NCBI GenBank assembly: GCA_963675665.1
Contig: OY776510.1
Span: forward strand, 4,928,001-4,992,000
DNA: 64,000 nucleotides
Origin: Spirochaetia bacterium
GTDB taxonomy: Bacteria; Spirochaetota; Spirochaetia; UBA9216
Direction: 5' to 3'
Part shown: in pieces, positions 9,349-19,387 of the stretch
Position numbering within the stretch: the stretch's first letter is position 1
Layout: each line of letters begins with the position of its first letter
Translations under genes and position numbers: made by a program
The notes under the pieces: generated by a model
Database searches by the model: none
What the model was told of the DNA's origin: nothing
What the model saw: only the letters and a program-made list of their open reading frames with translations

Positions 9349-10704
9349 GTGACGAGTTTTATAATTCTACTGCTTCTTTACGTTGCCGCAGGCACAGGAA
9401 TCGCGATCTATGCAGGACGCAACAGGGGATCCGATAACCAGGAATCTTATTTTATCGGCGGCCGGGGGATAAGCTGGATTGTCAGCGCACTCACCTATGC
9501 AGCAACCACCTACTCTTCGTTTATGATGGTAGGACTGGTAGGGTTATCCTACTCGACAGGAATAGGCGCGATGATCTTTGAAATGACATATCTTGCTTCA
9601 ACGATAGTTCTGCTGTCGATATACGGAAGAAAAATCTGGAAAATGAGCAGGGATGAAAATATGGTTTCGCCGATGGAGCTGTTCTCGTCGCGTTTCGGCA
9701 AAATTACCGGAACTGCCGGCGCGCTCATTTCAGCTGCGGCCCTGATTCCGTACACTGCGGCACAGGTAATCGGCCTGTCCATCATTTTCAGCAATTTCGG
9801 AATCAGCTACGGCACCGGGGTCGTTATTGCCGCTGTTCTTATATGTATCTGGTCTCTTATCGGGGGCCTCAGGGGCGTTGCGCTGACCGATGCCGTGCAG
9901 GGACTTTTCATGATAGCGGTTGCCGTTATCGGCGTGCTCTGGGCCGGAAACAGGTTCGGCGGAATAGAGACATCAACCTTTCCGAACAAGGTCTGGACTC
10001 CCGTGTTCTTTATCAACCTGACCCTTCCGTGGGCTTTTTTCGCACTGACCAACCCCCAGGTTGTACAGCGGCTTTTTATTGTGAAAGACACAAAGGGCCT
10101 CAGAAAGATGATTATCCTGTTTGCCGTTGTCGGCGCGGTTTACACCGCGATTACCTGCCTGTTGGGATTTTCAGCCAAATTCGGCACGCTTAACGGTACT
10201 TTTGCAGAGGTTACCAGCCGCGACAATGTAATTATCGGGATTCTCCAGCTGATGGGCAAAGGACTTGGGCTTGCAATAGCTCTGAGTATAATCTTTGCGA
10301 GCATTTCGACATCGAACTCAATAATCCTGACGCTCTCTTCAATGTTCACCCGCGATGTTGTCCGCGACACCAAAAAGACATGGTACGGCCGGGTTTTTAT
10401 CGTGTTGATAACAATTCTGGTAGCACTTTTCGCATTCAGAAAAACCTCGTATATCGTTGAGCTTTCGGTTTCAACATCGAGGATTCTGATGTGCTTTCTT
10501 CCGCTGTTTTTCGACATCTTTCATTTTAAAAAGGGCGGCCGAACAACAGGGCTTCTTACCCTGCTTGGAGGGGCCGCGGCCGCAATTGTTTTCGGTAAAA
10601 TGGGACTGGCGCTCAGCTCGGTATGGACCCTTGCAGCAGCATTCGTGTTCTATTTCATCGGCGTATTGATTGACAGTAAAACAAGGGTAAAAACCTCAAT
10701 TTAA
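9349..10704 (+). CDS. Sodium:solute symporter (SSS/PanF/PutP-like)
   Basis: YFIGGRG, ATTYSSFMMVG, GGLRGVALTDAVQG; many TM helices; start reassigned to in-frame GTG after GAGGAG. Confidence 0.88.
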   Translation: MTSFIILLLLYVAAGTGIAIYAGRNRGSDNQESYFIGGRGISWIVSALTYAATTYSSFMMVGLVGLSYSTGIGAMIFEMTYLASTIVLLSIYGRKIWKMSRDENMVSPMELFSSRFGKITGTAGALISAAALIPYTAAQVIGLSIIFSNFGISYGTGVVIAAVLICIWSLIGGLRGVALTDAVQGLFMIAVAVIGVLWAGNRFGGIETSTFPNKVWTPVFFINLTLPWAFFALTNPQVVQRLFIVKDTKGLRKMIILFAVVGAVYTAITCLLGFSAKFGTLNGTFAEVTSRDNVIIGILQLMGKGLGLAIALSIIFASISTSNSIILTLSSMFTRDVVRDTKKTWYGRVFIVLITILVALFAFRKTSYIVELSVSTSRILMCFLPLFFDIFHFKKGGRTTGLLTLLGGAAAAIVFGKMGLALSSVWTLAAAFVFYFIGVLIDSKTRVKTSI

Positions 10705-10718
10705 CGTATCTACTGATC

Positions 10719-10758
10719 AGGGGCAAAGCGGACTTTGCCCCTTCCCCTTTCTCTTCTT
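10719..10758 (+). terminator. Terminator between the convergent symporter and hsdR genes
   Basis: AGGGGCAAAG-cgga-CTTTGCCCCT plus a pyrimidine tract. Confidence 0.7.
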
Positions 10759-10764
10759 TAATGA

Positions 10765-13700
10765 TTAACTAACATCAGCCCTGCTGTTAAATCTGTCTAT
10801 CTCAGCGACAAGGTCTTTTGCTATATCCATATGCCCTGCGAACAGGTCGATGATATTGCCGTATTTATTGAAAGGCTGGCCGTTGAGCAACTCCTTCTCT
10901 ACAAGACCATTCTGGATAATATGTCTGACAATCATCTTTACAAACTCCATCTGGTTCGAGTTTAGAGATTCATTGCTGAGAAATTTTGAAAACTGCTCAT
11001 TGGCAGCTTCAGGTTCGAGACCTACTATCCTGATTACCAGGTCAAGCAGAGGCTGTTCGCCAAAGGCATTCTCATAATCTTCCTTTGAGCCGAGAGTATT
11101 CCAGAGAAGATCTTCGAGGTGTTTGATATCCGGCTGGGTCAGCTTATGGTTATTGCGTAACTTGAATACAACAATGTCGTCAGCATGTTTTTTCAGGTAA
11201 TCATTCACCTTTTTCCGGTAGTCCTTAAACTCGCCAGCGGAATACTCACCTTCATTCTCATGAACCTCCAATACTTCATCCCTGAAGTTTGAGTAATAGG
11301 TTTTCTTCGATTCATATTCTATAAATTTAATAAGTTCACGCAGCGCCCGGCGAACCTCTTCATGGTCCAGGATATCAGCATTCTGCCAATATTCTTCAGT
11401 CTGCACTTTTCGGATTATCTCTTCCCGGGCTTTTACCGCGTTTACCGTACCCTTCCGTGACAGGTGGTCGGCTGTGGAGATAACCCTTGCCCTGGGTTTG
11501 GATGCTATCCTGCCGGTAATCTGGGCATAGATAATCGTGTACATAAGATAGTCAAACCGCTTGGCTAGTTCATCATCATCGGTAGAGGTTATGAGAGGTG
11601 CAATATGAATGCTTAATTCCCTGGTATCTGTATCAGACAGGGTATTCCATCTGTCTCTTTTATTGAAGGTGTTTATATATTTCAGCCTGGTCTTTGCATT
11701 AAACCGGGAATGATCAATTCTGTTTACTGAGCCCCACAAATCATCAGCAAGACTTTTATGGTAGGCAATATAGTCATCGGTCTGGTAATCAAGAGTTTGA
11801 AGCTCTTTGATGATATCTGTCCTGATACAGAAAAGATTCTCGGTCAGCGACCGCGCCATTGATGCTTCTTTACCGTGTTTGTTCTCCCTGAAAAACTCGA
11901 AGTTTGAACAGTAGTCGAAGATTCGAAAACCGTCCTTATCAAGACCTACTCCGAATAAGTCGGGGCAAAGCCGTGTGCCGCGACCGATCATCTGGTGAAA
12001 CTTGGCCTTGGAGCGAACCTTCTTAAAGAAGACAAGATTCACTATCTCGGGGACATCTACCCCGGTATCGAGCATATCAACTGAGACAGCAATCTGCGGA
12101 AATTTATCTTTGGTTGTAAAATCCTCATAGACCCGGTCTACATACTTGATATCGGTATAGATGGGTTTGGCAAACAGGTCCCTGTATTCCGGGTACTTGA
12201 TATTGAAGCGTTTGATAATAAACTCGGCGTGTTTCTTGTTCTTGGCAAAGACGATAGTCTTCCCCAGTTTATCACCGCCTTCTATCTTGATTCCCCTTTC
12301 CATCAGATCATCTATTACCAGATCAACGGTATCATTATTAAACAGAAATGAGTTAATCTCTTCACCGCTTATATCGGTAACGTCATCGTCAAAGGTTTCC
12401 TCAAAGAGCTCCTTCTCTTCATCGCTCAGATCTTCATAATGAAGCCCTTCCTCGGGGAGCTTAAGACGTGTTTCAATTGTGTGATACGGGACCAGGAAGC
12501 CTTCCTCTATAGCCTCGCCAAGCTCATAAGCAAAGGTGGGCACATTGTTTTCAAGGTCAAAAACTGTATAGGTATTTTTATCAATATCGTTCTTCGGGGT
12601 AGCTGTAAGCCCCACAAGAGAAGAATCAAAATAGTCAAAGATAGCCTGGTATTTCTTATAGATACTTCGGTGAGATTCATCAACGATAATCAGATCAAAA
12701 TGGCCGACAGTAAACAGGCGCGAACCGTCTTTGCGTTTCGTTTCGTCTATGGCGTTCATCATTGTCGGATAGGTGGAGAAGATCATCTTGCTTTCCGGCG
12801 AATCTTTCTCATCAAGGAGGTTGCAGAGTGAGAGATTGGGCAGCAGATTGCTGAAGTTTACTTTTGCCTGCTTTACCAGCTCACGGCGATCAGCGAGGAA
12901 TAGTATGTTCTTTACCCAACCCTGACGCAGCAGAACGTCGACGAGAGAGATAGCTGTACGGGTTTTTCCGGAACCGGTAGCCATAACCAGCAGGGCTTTC
13001 CGGTGGCCTTTCTCAAATGTATCGCACACGGCCTGGATGGCCATCTTTTGGTATGCGCGGTTTGTAACAGCATCGTTTATCGAAATGCTTTTCAGGCTCT
13101 TACGGTTTGTTCGCCTGTAATGTGTCCACTGGAGATCTTCTTTTGTATAGATACCCGAGACCCGGCGCTCAGGGTAACTCTGATCATCCCACAGGAAGTA
13201 TTCAAAACCGTTTGTATAGAAGATGACCGGCCGCCGGCCGTACCTCTTTTCAAGGCAGTCTGCATAGAACCGTGCCTGCTCTTTTCCGACATGAGGGTCG
13301 GCACTTGTCTTTTTTGCCTCTACAAGGGCAAGAGGCTTTCCATCATCTCCGTAGAGAACGTAATCGACAAAACCAAGCCCGGTATCGTTAGGCATACCGC
13401 TGACTTCTTCCTCAATAATACAGGCCGAACCTATAGTCCATCCTGATGTTTCGAGTTCCAGGTCGATAAACATCCTGCGGGTCTCAAACTCGCTGATTTC
13501 TTCAACATCGAAAACCCTGCCCTGCTCATTATCCTCGCGTTTTGCAGTAAGTTGTTTTCGAAGCTCTTCGTTTTCTTTTCGTATCTCTTCAAGCTTGCGG
13601 TCTTTTGAACCAAGCTCTTCGTTTAGTTCAAGAAGCTGCCGGCGGGTGCGTTTTTCCTGAATACCGTCCGGCAGTATTGTTTCATTAAAGGGCGTGTCGG

Positions 13701-14088
13701 TACAGGAATCGGAATAACAGTAATCTATCCAGGAGGTAAAATCATGCAGGCATTTAAGTGAATAGACAGCCTGCTCCTTTTTAACAGGAGATGTTGTATG
13801 AACGGCCTTATTTCCAAGGTCCTTGATGTATTTAAGCCCACGGAACAGGCGCATATCGATCAGGTCGCGGAATGAGTAATCATGAATAAGGCTTGAAAGG
13901 TTGTCCTGGTACGGAAGCTTGAGCTCATTATCATAGCTGTAAAGCCATTTAACGGCAAGCTCCAAAGCGCGCCTGGCAAGAATAGCGGTTGAGGCATAGG
14001 AAAATGCAAAACTCTTTTCCGCTTCAATACAAGCGCCGGTAAAACTGTTGTAATAGTCATGCTTGTTTAAATAATTAAAATTTCCCAT
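10765..14088 (-). CDS. hsdR: Type I restriction enzyme R subunit (DUF4145-like N-terminus, PD-(D/E)xK nuclease, SF2 helicase, EcoEI-type C-terminus)
   Basis: VDYVL...VEAKK, MATGSGKT, DESHRS, GLTATP, QMIGRGTR. Confidence 0.95.
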   Translation of the reverse strand: MGNFNYLNKHDYYNSFTGACIEAEKSFAFSYASTAILARRALELAVKWLYSYDNELKLPYQDNLSSLIHDYSFRDLIDMRLFRGLKYIKDLGNKAVHTTSPVKKEQAVYSLKCLHDFTSWIDYCYSDSCTDTPFNETILPDGIQEKRTRRQLLELNEELGSKDRKLEEIRKENEELRKQLTAKREDNEQGRVFDVEEISEFETRRMFIDLELETSGWTIGSACIIEEEVSGMPNDTGLGFVDYVLYGDDGKPLALVEAKKTSADPHVGKEQARFYADCLEKRYGRRPVIFYTNGFEYFLWDDQSYPERRVSGIYTKEDLQWTHYRRTNRKSLKSISINDAVTNRAYQKMAIQAVCDTFEKGHRKALLVMATGSGKTRTAISLVDVLLRQGWVKNILFLADRRELVKQAKVNFSNLLPNLSLCNLLDEKDSPESKMIFSTYPTMMNAIDETKRKDGSRLFTVGHFDLIIVDESHRSIYKKYQAIFDYFDSSLVGLTATPKNDIDKNTYTVFDLENNVPTFAYELGEAIEEGFLVPYHTIETRLKLPEEGLHYEDLSDEEKELFEETFDDDVTDISGEEINSFLFNNDTVDLVIDDLMERGIKIEGGDKLGKTIVFAKNKKHAEFIIKRFNIKYPEYRDLFAKPIYTDIKYVDRVYEDFTTKDKFPQIAVSVDMLDTGVDVPEIVNLVFFKKVRSKAKFHQMIGRGTRLCPDLFGVGLDKDGFRIFDYCSNFEFFRENKHGKEASMARSLTENLFCIRTDIIKELQTLDYQTDDYIAYHKSLADDLWGSVNRIDHSRFNAKTRLKYINTFNKRDRWNTLSDTDTRELSIHIAPLITSTDDDELAKRFDYLMYTIIYAQITGRIASKPRARVISTADHLSRKGTVNAVKAREEIIRKVQTEEYWQNADILDHEEVRRALRELIKFIEYESKKTYYSNFRDEVLEVHENEGEYSAGEFKDYRKKVNDYLKKHADDIVVFKLRNNHKLTQPDIKHLEDLLWNTLGSKEDYENAFGEQPLLDLVIRIVGLEPEAANEQFSKFLSNESLNSNQMEFVKMIVRHIIQNGLVEKELLNGQPFNKYGNIIDLFAGHMDIAKDLVAEIDRFNSRADVS

Positions 14089-14787
14089 TTATTAATTCAA
14101 ATCCTTTCTCAGTAAGCCGATATTTCTGTGTCGGGCTATTCGGAGAATTCGGCTCGGTACGTTCTATAATACCTTCCTCCAAAGCCGGACGAATATAGTT
14201 TTTCTCAAAATTATCACGCCCTTTAAGATTCAACGCATCCATCATCTCTTTTCGAGACATATCGTTAACCATTAGAAGTCTAATCACTTGAGCTACTTGC
14301 CCTGTTACTTGCCCTGTTACTTGCCCTGTTACTTGTCCTGTTACTTGCCCTGTTACTTGTCCTGTTACTTGTCCTGACTTGTCCCCCCGAGTCGGTACCG
14401 GGTCGGTACCGGGTCGGTACCGGGTCGATAACTGGGTCGGTATTGGGTCGGTACTGGATCGACTCCGGTTATCATATAGTCACGGTGAAGAACCGCGTTT
14501 ACTATTGATTCACACACAGCCTCTTCAGGAACCTCGGGGATATCTTTACACTGCACGTCCTTGATTTCATAACGCAAACGGGTATTTCGCATGATAAAAA
14601 GAACGGCATTATCAAGAGTACAGCCGGTAATCTTACCATCATCGCTGACACCGAGAAAAACAGTTCCGCCTGATGCGTTGGCAAAGGCGCACATCTTTTT
14701 TGTCAAAGAGCTTGAAAGCCTCTCCTTAAACTCAGTGCGATAGCCCTCGCCATTCTTCAGAATAAAATCCAGTTCTTCCGGGGTCAT
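14075..14787 (-). pseudogene. Fragmented Schlafen/AlbA_2 ATP-binding regulator with a C-terminal wHTH; internal deletion and frameshift
   Basis: N-terminus GEGYRTEFKE...AFANASGG.VFLGVSDDG jumps to E.IVNAVLHRDY; the C-terminus (YIRPALEEGIIERTEP.SP.SPTQKYRLT) is in another frame. Confidence 0.72.
14294..14463. repeat. Tandem repeats: about 7 x 12-bp TTACTTG(C/T)CCTG and about 6 x 11/12-bp GGGTCGGTA(C/T)-type units
   Basis: Directly visible; the 12-mers encode (QVTG)n on the minus strand. Confidence 0.9.
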
Positions 14788-14821
14788 TAGTCCCTGTTTT
14801 TCCCTTTTTACAATTTACATT

Positions 14822-14860
14822 AGGGTAAATCTCTAAAAACTGCAGTTTTTATTGATTCCC
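14822..14860. repeat. Palindromic CTCTAAAAACTGCAGTTTTTA-type repeat
   Basis: TAAAAACTGCAGTTTTTA perfect palindrome; related to 55102-55159 and to the IS1111-type target site. Confidence 0.55.
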
Positions 14861-14968
14861 ATTATAGTTTATCGGTCAGTGTAGAAAATTGAAAGCATTT
14901 TATTAAAGGGATGCTGACAGCCCTGAAAACCAAATATAAAACAACATTTTTCATGAAAACGATTATCC

Positions 14969-16084
14969 CTATTCCGGGAAGAGCTCTCCCCGGAAGGCGC
15001 GCTGCATGAGACTGTTGTAGTTATCTTTCATCTGCTGAAGTGACTCCTGCATAAGGGCTTTTTGCGCTTCTATCTTCTGCACTTTTTCAGCAAACTCGTT
15101 TTGAAGAGAGATAGGTATTTTATAAACCTCCTCTTTATGAATTATGTTCCTGTTCAGGGTGGGTACACCTGTACCATTATAAAATCTGGCTAATTTAAAA
15201 AAACTCAGTAAATAAGCTATGTAGACAATATTATTTCCATATAAATCTTTTGAAAAAAGAGTCGTATTTAAAGGCCAATATGATTCAAATGTATATTCTA
15301 CTAAACCAATTGTCCCTGAACGTCCTGTAATAACTCCCCCATTTAAAACTTTTGCTTCATTATGCTTACCAAGAATCCCATTGGAACCATAAACATTTAT
15401 ATTACCATTCTGATTTCTACAATCAACTGGAAGATCATGCCCTCTTTGTAAGAATACGACTTCCTCTAACCTGGTTGTCTCCCACCCCTTCGGATTGGTC
15501 ACCGGGTCTCCGAACATATCGTAGAAAACGCTCTGCACCAGGTCGTCCAGCAGTTTCAGCTGCTGCTCGCGAAAATCGATCAGTTCCTGTGCCTTGTCCA
15601 GGACCTGGACGATTTCCTTCTGGATGGGGAGAGGGGGGATAGGGATTTGAAGCTCTTTCAAACTTGATACATTAAAACTTGCTTGATTTACTGATTTTTT
15701 TGTTATTCGAGGAATTTGAAATTTAAAAAAATCACTGCAGAAATAGTAATATGCAAATCTGCCTAAAATTTTCCCTCTTGAAGGTCTTAGGTTTAATAAA
15801 TTCATTCCATGAATCAGAGGTTCTTCTGAGTCATAAATAGCTACCTTGCCTAAATGCTTTTCGCTATTAATATGTGACATCAAAATATCATCTTTTTTTA
15901 ATAAGAAATCTTTATATTCGTCTATGTTTGTAATACCTGCGTATCCGAACCTTTCTTTATCAATATATCCATCTGCGATAGTTTCAATTCGAGTTATTGG
16001 AAATCCTTCGTCACCGTTTTGTTGAATACTTTTCCCATTCCGAATTAAATCAAAAGTATCGCCAATACTTGAAATAATCATCAC
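14969..16084 (-). CDS. hsdS: Type I RM specificity subunit with two TRDs
   Basis: IPIPPLPIQKEIV...FYDMFGDPVTNPKGW conserved spacer; C-terminal SLMQRAFRGEL. Confidence 0.95.
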   Translation of the reverse strand: MMIISSIGDTFDLIRNGKSIQQNGDEGFPITRIETIADGYIDKERFGYAGITNIDEYKDFLLKKDDILMSHINSEKHLGKVAIYDSEEPLIHGMNLLNLRPSRGKILGRFAYYYFCSDFFKFQIPRITKKSVNQASFNVSSLKELQIPIPPLPIQKEIVQVLDKAQELIDFREQQLKLLDDLVQSVFYDMFGDPVTNPKGWETTRLEEVVFLQRGHDLPVDCRNQNGNINVYGSNGILGKHNEAKVLNGGVITGRSGTIGLVEYTFESYWPLNTTLFSKDLYGNNIVYIAYLLSFFKLARFYNGTGVPTLNRNIIHKEEVYKIPISLQNEFAEKVQKIEAQKALMQESLQQMKDNYNSLMQRAFRGELFPE

Positions 16085-16189
16085 AGAATCACCTGCTTCA
16101 GTTCTGTCAATGAATCGCCTATCTTCCTGCGCCCCACCTTACAGGCATTATGTGTAATTTCATTATAAATATCTGCCAATATTTTCACC

Positions 16190-16218
16190 TTGATTTCTTC
16201 CCAAATTTGTAATATATT
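16190..16218 (+). promoter_or_regulatory. Sigma70-type promoter for the small RNA
   Basis: TTGATT-17 bp-TATATT, ending 5 bp before the hairpin. Confidence 0.55.
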
Positions 16219-16223
16219 TTCTT

Positions 16224-16286
16224 TAGCGGTTGCCAGCGAATCGTCTTGGTACGGTTCCACAAGAATTGGGCAATCGCTATTTTTTT
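16224..16286 (+). ncRNA. Candidate DUF3800-associated small structured RNA, convergent with DUF3800
   Basis: Outer stem TAGCGGTTGCC/GGCAATCGCTA, inner stem TCTTG/CAAGA, then a T7 run; upstream promoter present. Confidence 0.6.
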
Positions 16287-17044
16287 GTCTCTGCACTTAC
16301 CCACTCCAATATTTTACCGCCTTTAACATATCTATCAATATTTGTTGCAATACTCTCAATCAACGGGAATGTCTGCCTATGAATGGAACTTACATTTTTA
16401 CCAAGTTTTGCTTCTTCCATTTTTCGGATGTAGTAAAGAACCAAATCAACAAGCTGTACTGCATAACTCTTTTTGGATTCAATAAAAAAACCTTTTTCGA
16501 TTATGTTATCCAATTTCATATGCAAATCTTCAGTCAAACGCAGTGTTTTGAGTGATTTCTCTATATCAAGGTGACTTTTACTGTCATCAAATATGAATAT
16601 TCCTAATTCTTTATTCTCACTAAGCCAGTCATCAACTTTTAAGCTGATGAAAGGAAACGCCATAATATATGGATTTATCTTTATGCCGGAACCATAACTT
16701 TGCTCACAAAATTCTGCGTAACGTTTCTTTTCAATCTTCCTGTAAAAAACTGGTATTTTATTCTTTTTTATGAGATTTATAAGATTATCACGTAAGCCTA
16801 TAGTTTCCTTCAGTTCCAGATTTTTAAATGGACCCTTTCTTGCAACCAGATCCATAGTATGAAGTTCAAATTCCTCTTCTTCATATCCCGGCAGGGAAGC
16901 TGTCATAATTTTACGAAACTGCTTTTCAATTGATTTCCACTGTTCCTGAGCAATCAGTATGGCACCTAATACAAAAACCGGCTGTTGAGGATCTGAAAGA
17001 TTCAACCCTGTATCACCTGATTCATCGACATATACCAGAATCAT
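16277..17044 (-). CDS. DUF3800 family protein (predicted RNase H-like fold)
   Basis: N-terminal YVDESG, central FIFD, C-terminal VQLVD; start overlaps the hsdM stop. Confidence 0.85.
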   Translation of the reverse strand: MILVYVDESGDTGLNLSDPQQPVFVLGAILIAQEQWKSIEKQFRKIMTASLPGYEEEEFELHTMDLVARKGPFKNLELKETIGLRDNLINLIKKNKIPVFYRKIEKKRYAEFCEQSYGSGIKINPYIMAFPFISLKVDDWLSENKELGIFIFDDSKSHLDIEKSLKTLRLTEDLHMKLDNIIEKGFFIESKKSYAVQLVDLVLYYIRKMEEAKLGKNVSSIHRQTFPLIESIATNIDRYVKGGKILEWVSAETKK

Positions 17045-18495
17045 CTAAGCATCACCTTTAGTTCGTCAATTCCTTTTAATATCTTAGTCTCCAGCTTGCC
17101 CATCTCAGTCATTATCACCTCCGGATCATCATACTCAACCTCGTTATACTCAATTTCCTTATAGCGATTAATAGACAGGTCATAGTCATTGGCAACTATC
17201 TCATCCTTGGGAACAAAGAACGAAGCTTCAGTCCGCTTCCTGCCCTCTTCCTCTTCGGGATTATGAAAACGTGATATGATATCAGGGATATCATTCTGCT
17301 CTATAGGCTGGCGCTTATCATCCAGAGAATAGCCGTCCGCTTTCATGTCATAGAACCAGACCTTATCTGTTCCTCCTGCCCCGGTTTTGATAAAAACCAT
17401 TATTGCAGTTGATACGCCGGCATAGGGTTTGAACACCCCCGAAGGCATTGAGATGATTGCCTGAAGCTGATGATTCTCTACAATCTCTTTACGGATTGCC
17501 TTGTGGGCATTGGAGCTGCCGAAAAGAACACCGTCGGGCACAATCGAGGCAGCCCGGCCGCCCTTTTTAAGTATTCGTAAGAACAGCGCCAGAAACAGCA
17601 GCTCGGTCTTCTTCGTCTTTGTCACCTTTAACAAATCAGCAGATACCGCTTCATAATCAAGCGAACCCTTGAACGGCGGATTAGCCAGCACCAGGGTGAA
17701 ACGCTCATCATCGGTATTCATCTGCGACAGCGAATCACGGTACTCGATATTCGGGTTCTCTACCCCGTGGAGCATCATGTTCATTGCCCCGATTCTGAGC
17801 ATGGTAGTGTCCATGTCATAACCGTGAAACATCCCGCTGCCGTAATGATCTTTGAGCTCCTGGATGGTCATAAGATCTTCATTGTTATCAAGGATGTATT
17901 CACCGGCTGTAACAAGAAAGCCCGCAGAACCCGCTGCCGGGTCAATTATCGTATCAGACGGGGTCGGTTGCATCAGCTCTACCATCATTTTAATGATATG
18001 ACGAGGGGTCCTGAACTGGCCGTTTGTACCGGATGTTGCGACCTTGGATAGCAGATATTCGTAGAGATCTCCCTTGGTATCCCTGTCTTTCAGAGGGAGT
18101 GTATCAACATTGGTAACAACCTTCTCAAGCATCTGGGGTGTGGGAATCATAAAGATGGCGTCTTTCATGTACTTGGAATAAGCCGAGTCCTTATCTCCGT
18201 GCATATCCTTAATGAAAGGGAAAACCTGCTTCTGAACCGTATCGAACATCGCGGCAGCATCCTTCTGCTTGAAGTTCTTCCAGCGGAGTTCGGGCTGATT
18301 ATCGGGAAAGATCTTTGTAAAGGATGTGCCCAACAACGAGGCGTTTGCCTCAAGATCGTTCTGCCTGTCATCCAGGCTTTTTATGAATATAAGATAGGTG
18401 ATCTGTTCAATGACCGACAGCGGGTTTGTTATCCCCCCGGTCCAGAAGATCTCCCATATCCTGTCTACTTTGTTGCGTACTTCGCCGGTTATCAT
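17041..18495 (-). CDS. hsdM: Type I RM m6A methyltransferase subunit
   Basis: GQFRTPRHII, DPAAGSAGFL, LANPPF. Confidence 0.96.
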   Translation of the reverse strand: MITGEVRNKVDRIWEIFWTGGITNPLSVIEQITYLIFIKSLDDRQNDLEANASLLGTSFTKIFPDNQPELRWKNFKQKDAAAMFDTVQKQVFPFIKDMHGDKDSAYSKYMKDAIFMIPTPQMLEKVVTNVDTLPLKDRDTKGDLYEYLLSKVATSGTNGQFRTPRHIIKMMVELMQPTPSDTIIDPAAGSAGFLVTAGEYILDNNEDLMTIQELKDHYGSGMFHGYDMDTTMLRIGAMNMMLHGVENPNIEYRDSLSQMNTDDERFTLVLANPPFKGSLDYEAVSADLLKVTKTKKTELLFLALFLRILKKGGRAASIVPDGVLFGSSNAHKAIRKEIVENHQLQAIISMPSGVFKPYAGVSTAIMVFIKTGAGGTDKVWFYDMKADGYSLDDKRQPIEQNDIPDIISRFHNPEEEEGRKRTEASFFVPKDEIVANDYDLSINRYKEIEYNEVEYDDPEVIMTEMGKLETKILKGIDELKVMLR

Positions 18496-18571
18496 GATTG
18501 CTCCAGTATTTTATGATTGGTTTATCATAAATCCAAACAGGAAATGGAACAAGAGGATTTTTATGACCCTC

Positions 18572-18649
18572 TCATCCTGTCCCCAGCTCATTATGCACAC
18601 TTATAAAACTTCCGACGATTTTATTTGATAATTCTTCATACAACAGCAT
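18572..18649 (-). pseudogene. Truncated GxxExxY-family protein remnant
   Basis: AGGAGG SD followed by MLLYEELSNKIVGSFISVHNELGTG*, which stops at the GxxExxY motif. Confidence 0.55.
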
Positions 18650-18829
18650 GTTTTGCCTCCTGTTTTTATTAAAAACCCGGGAGGACAGCAAGATGAAAAG
18701 AGCAGCCAAGGATTGTACGGATTAGAACAGATAACAAACAGCATCCGTGAACCGCTTCTCCGCTATACCGTGGCCATTAATATCTTAAAAGGTATTGAGC
18801 AACCCGCTGCATGAATGTATCCTTAAACC

Positions 18830-19387
18830 ATGCAGAAAGAGCTGTTTGATGAAACACCGGGATCACCCGTGATTGAACCCGGGGAATCATATTACAACGA
18901 AGATTTTTCGGGAATTGATTTCTCCGACGCAGACTTCTCAAATGCCGATTTTGAAAACTGCAGATTTACAGACTGCAACCTGTCAAATATAAACGTAAGC
19001 GGAACAAAATTCAGCGAAGTCAGCTTCATCAATTCAAAACTGACGGGAATACCCTTTTACCAGTCAAACCCCTTTGCCATAGAGGTCTCATTCATTAAGA
19101 GCCGGCTGTTCAGCTGTAATTTTACCGAAATGAAACTCAAAGACACCGTGTTTAAAAGCTGTGAAATAACGGAATGCTGGTTTCAGGAAACCGACCTGTC
19201 CGGCTCCGACTTCTCAGGCTCAAAATTCAGAAATACACTTTTTCATAACAGCCGCCTGGAAAGGTGCAATTTCACCGAAGCAGAAGGATATACGATTAAC
19301 CCCGTAAACAACAATATCAGAAAAGCAGTTTTCTCAATTCCTGAAGTGCTTAACCTGCTTAATGACTTTGATATTAAAATCGAATAA
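18830..19387 (+). CDS. Pentapeptide repeat protein
   Basis: Serial (S/A)DFS.-type pentapeptides. Confidence 0.88.
   Translation: MQKELFDETPGSPVIEPGESYYNEDFSGIDFSDADFSNADFENCRFTDCNLSNINVSGTKFSEVSFINSKLTGIPFYQSNPFAIEVSFIKSRLFSCNFTEMKLKDTVFKSCEITECWFQETDLSGSDFSGSKFRNTLFHNSRLERCNFTEAEGYTINPVNNNIRKAVFSIPEVLNLLNDFDIKIE

Noticed and set aside
16081-16296. 71-aa ORF between DUF3800 and hsdS
   Set aside because: No recognisable domain; overlaps the predicted promoter and small RNA.
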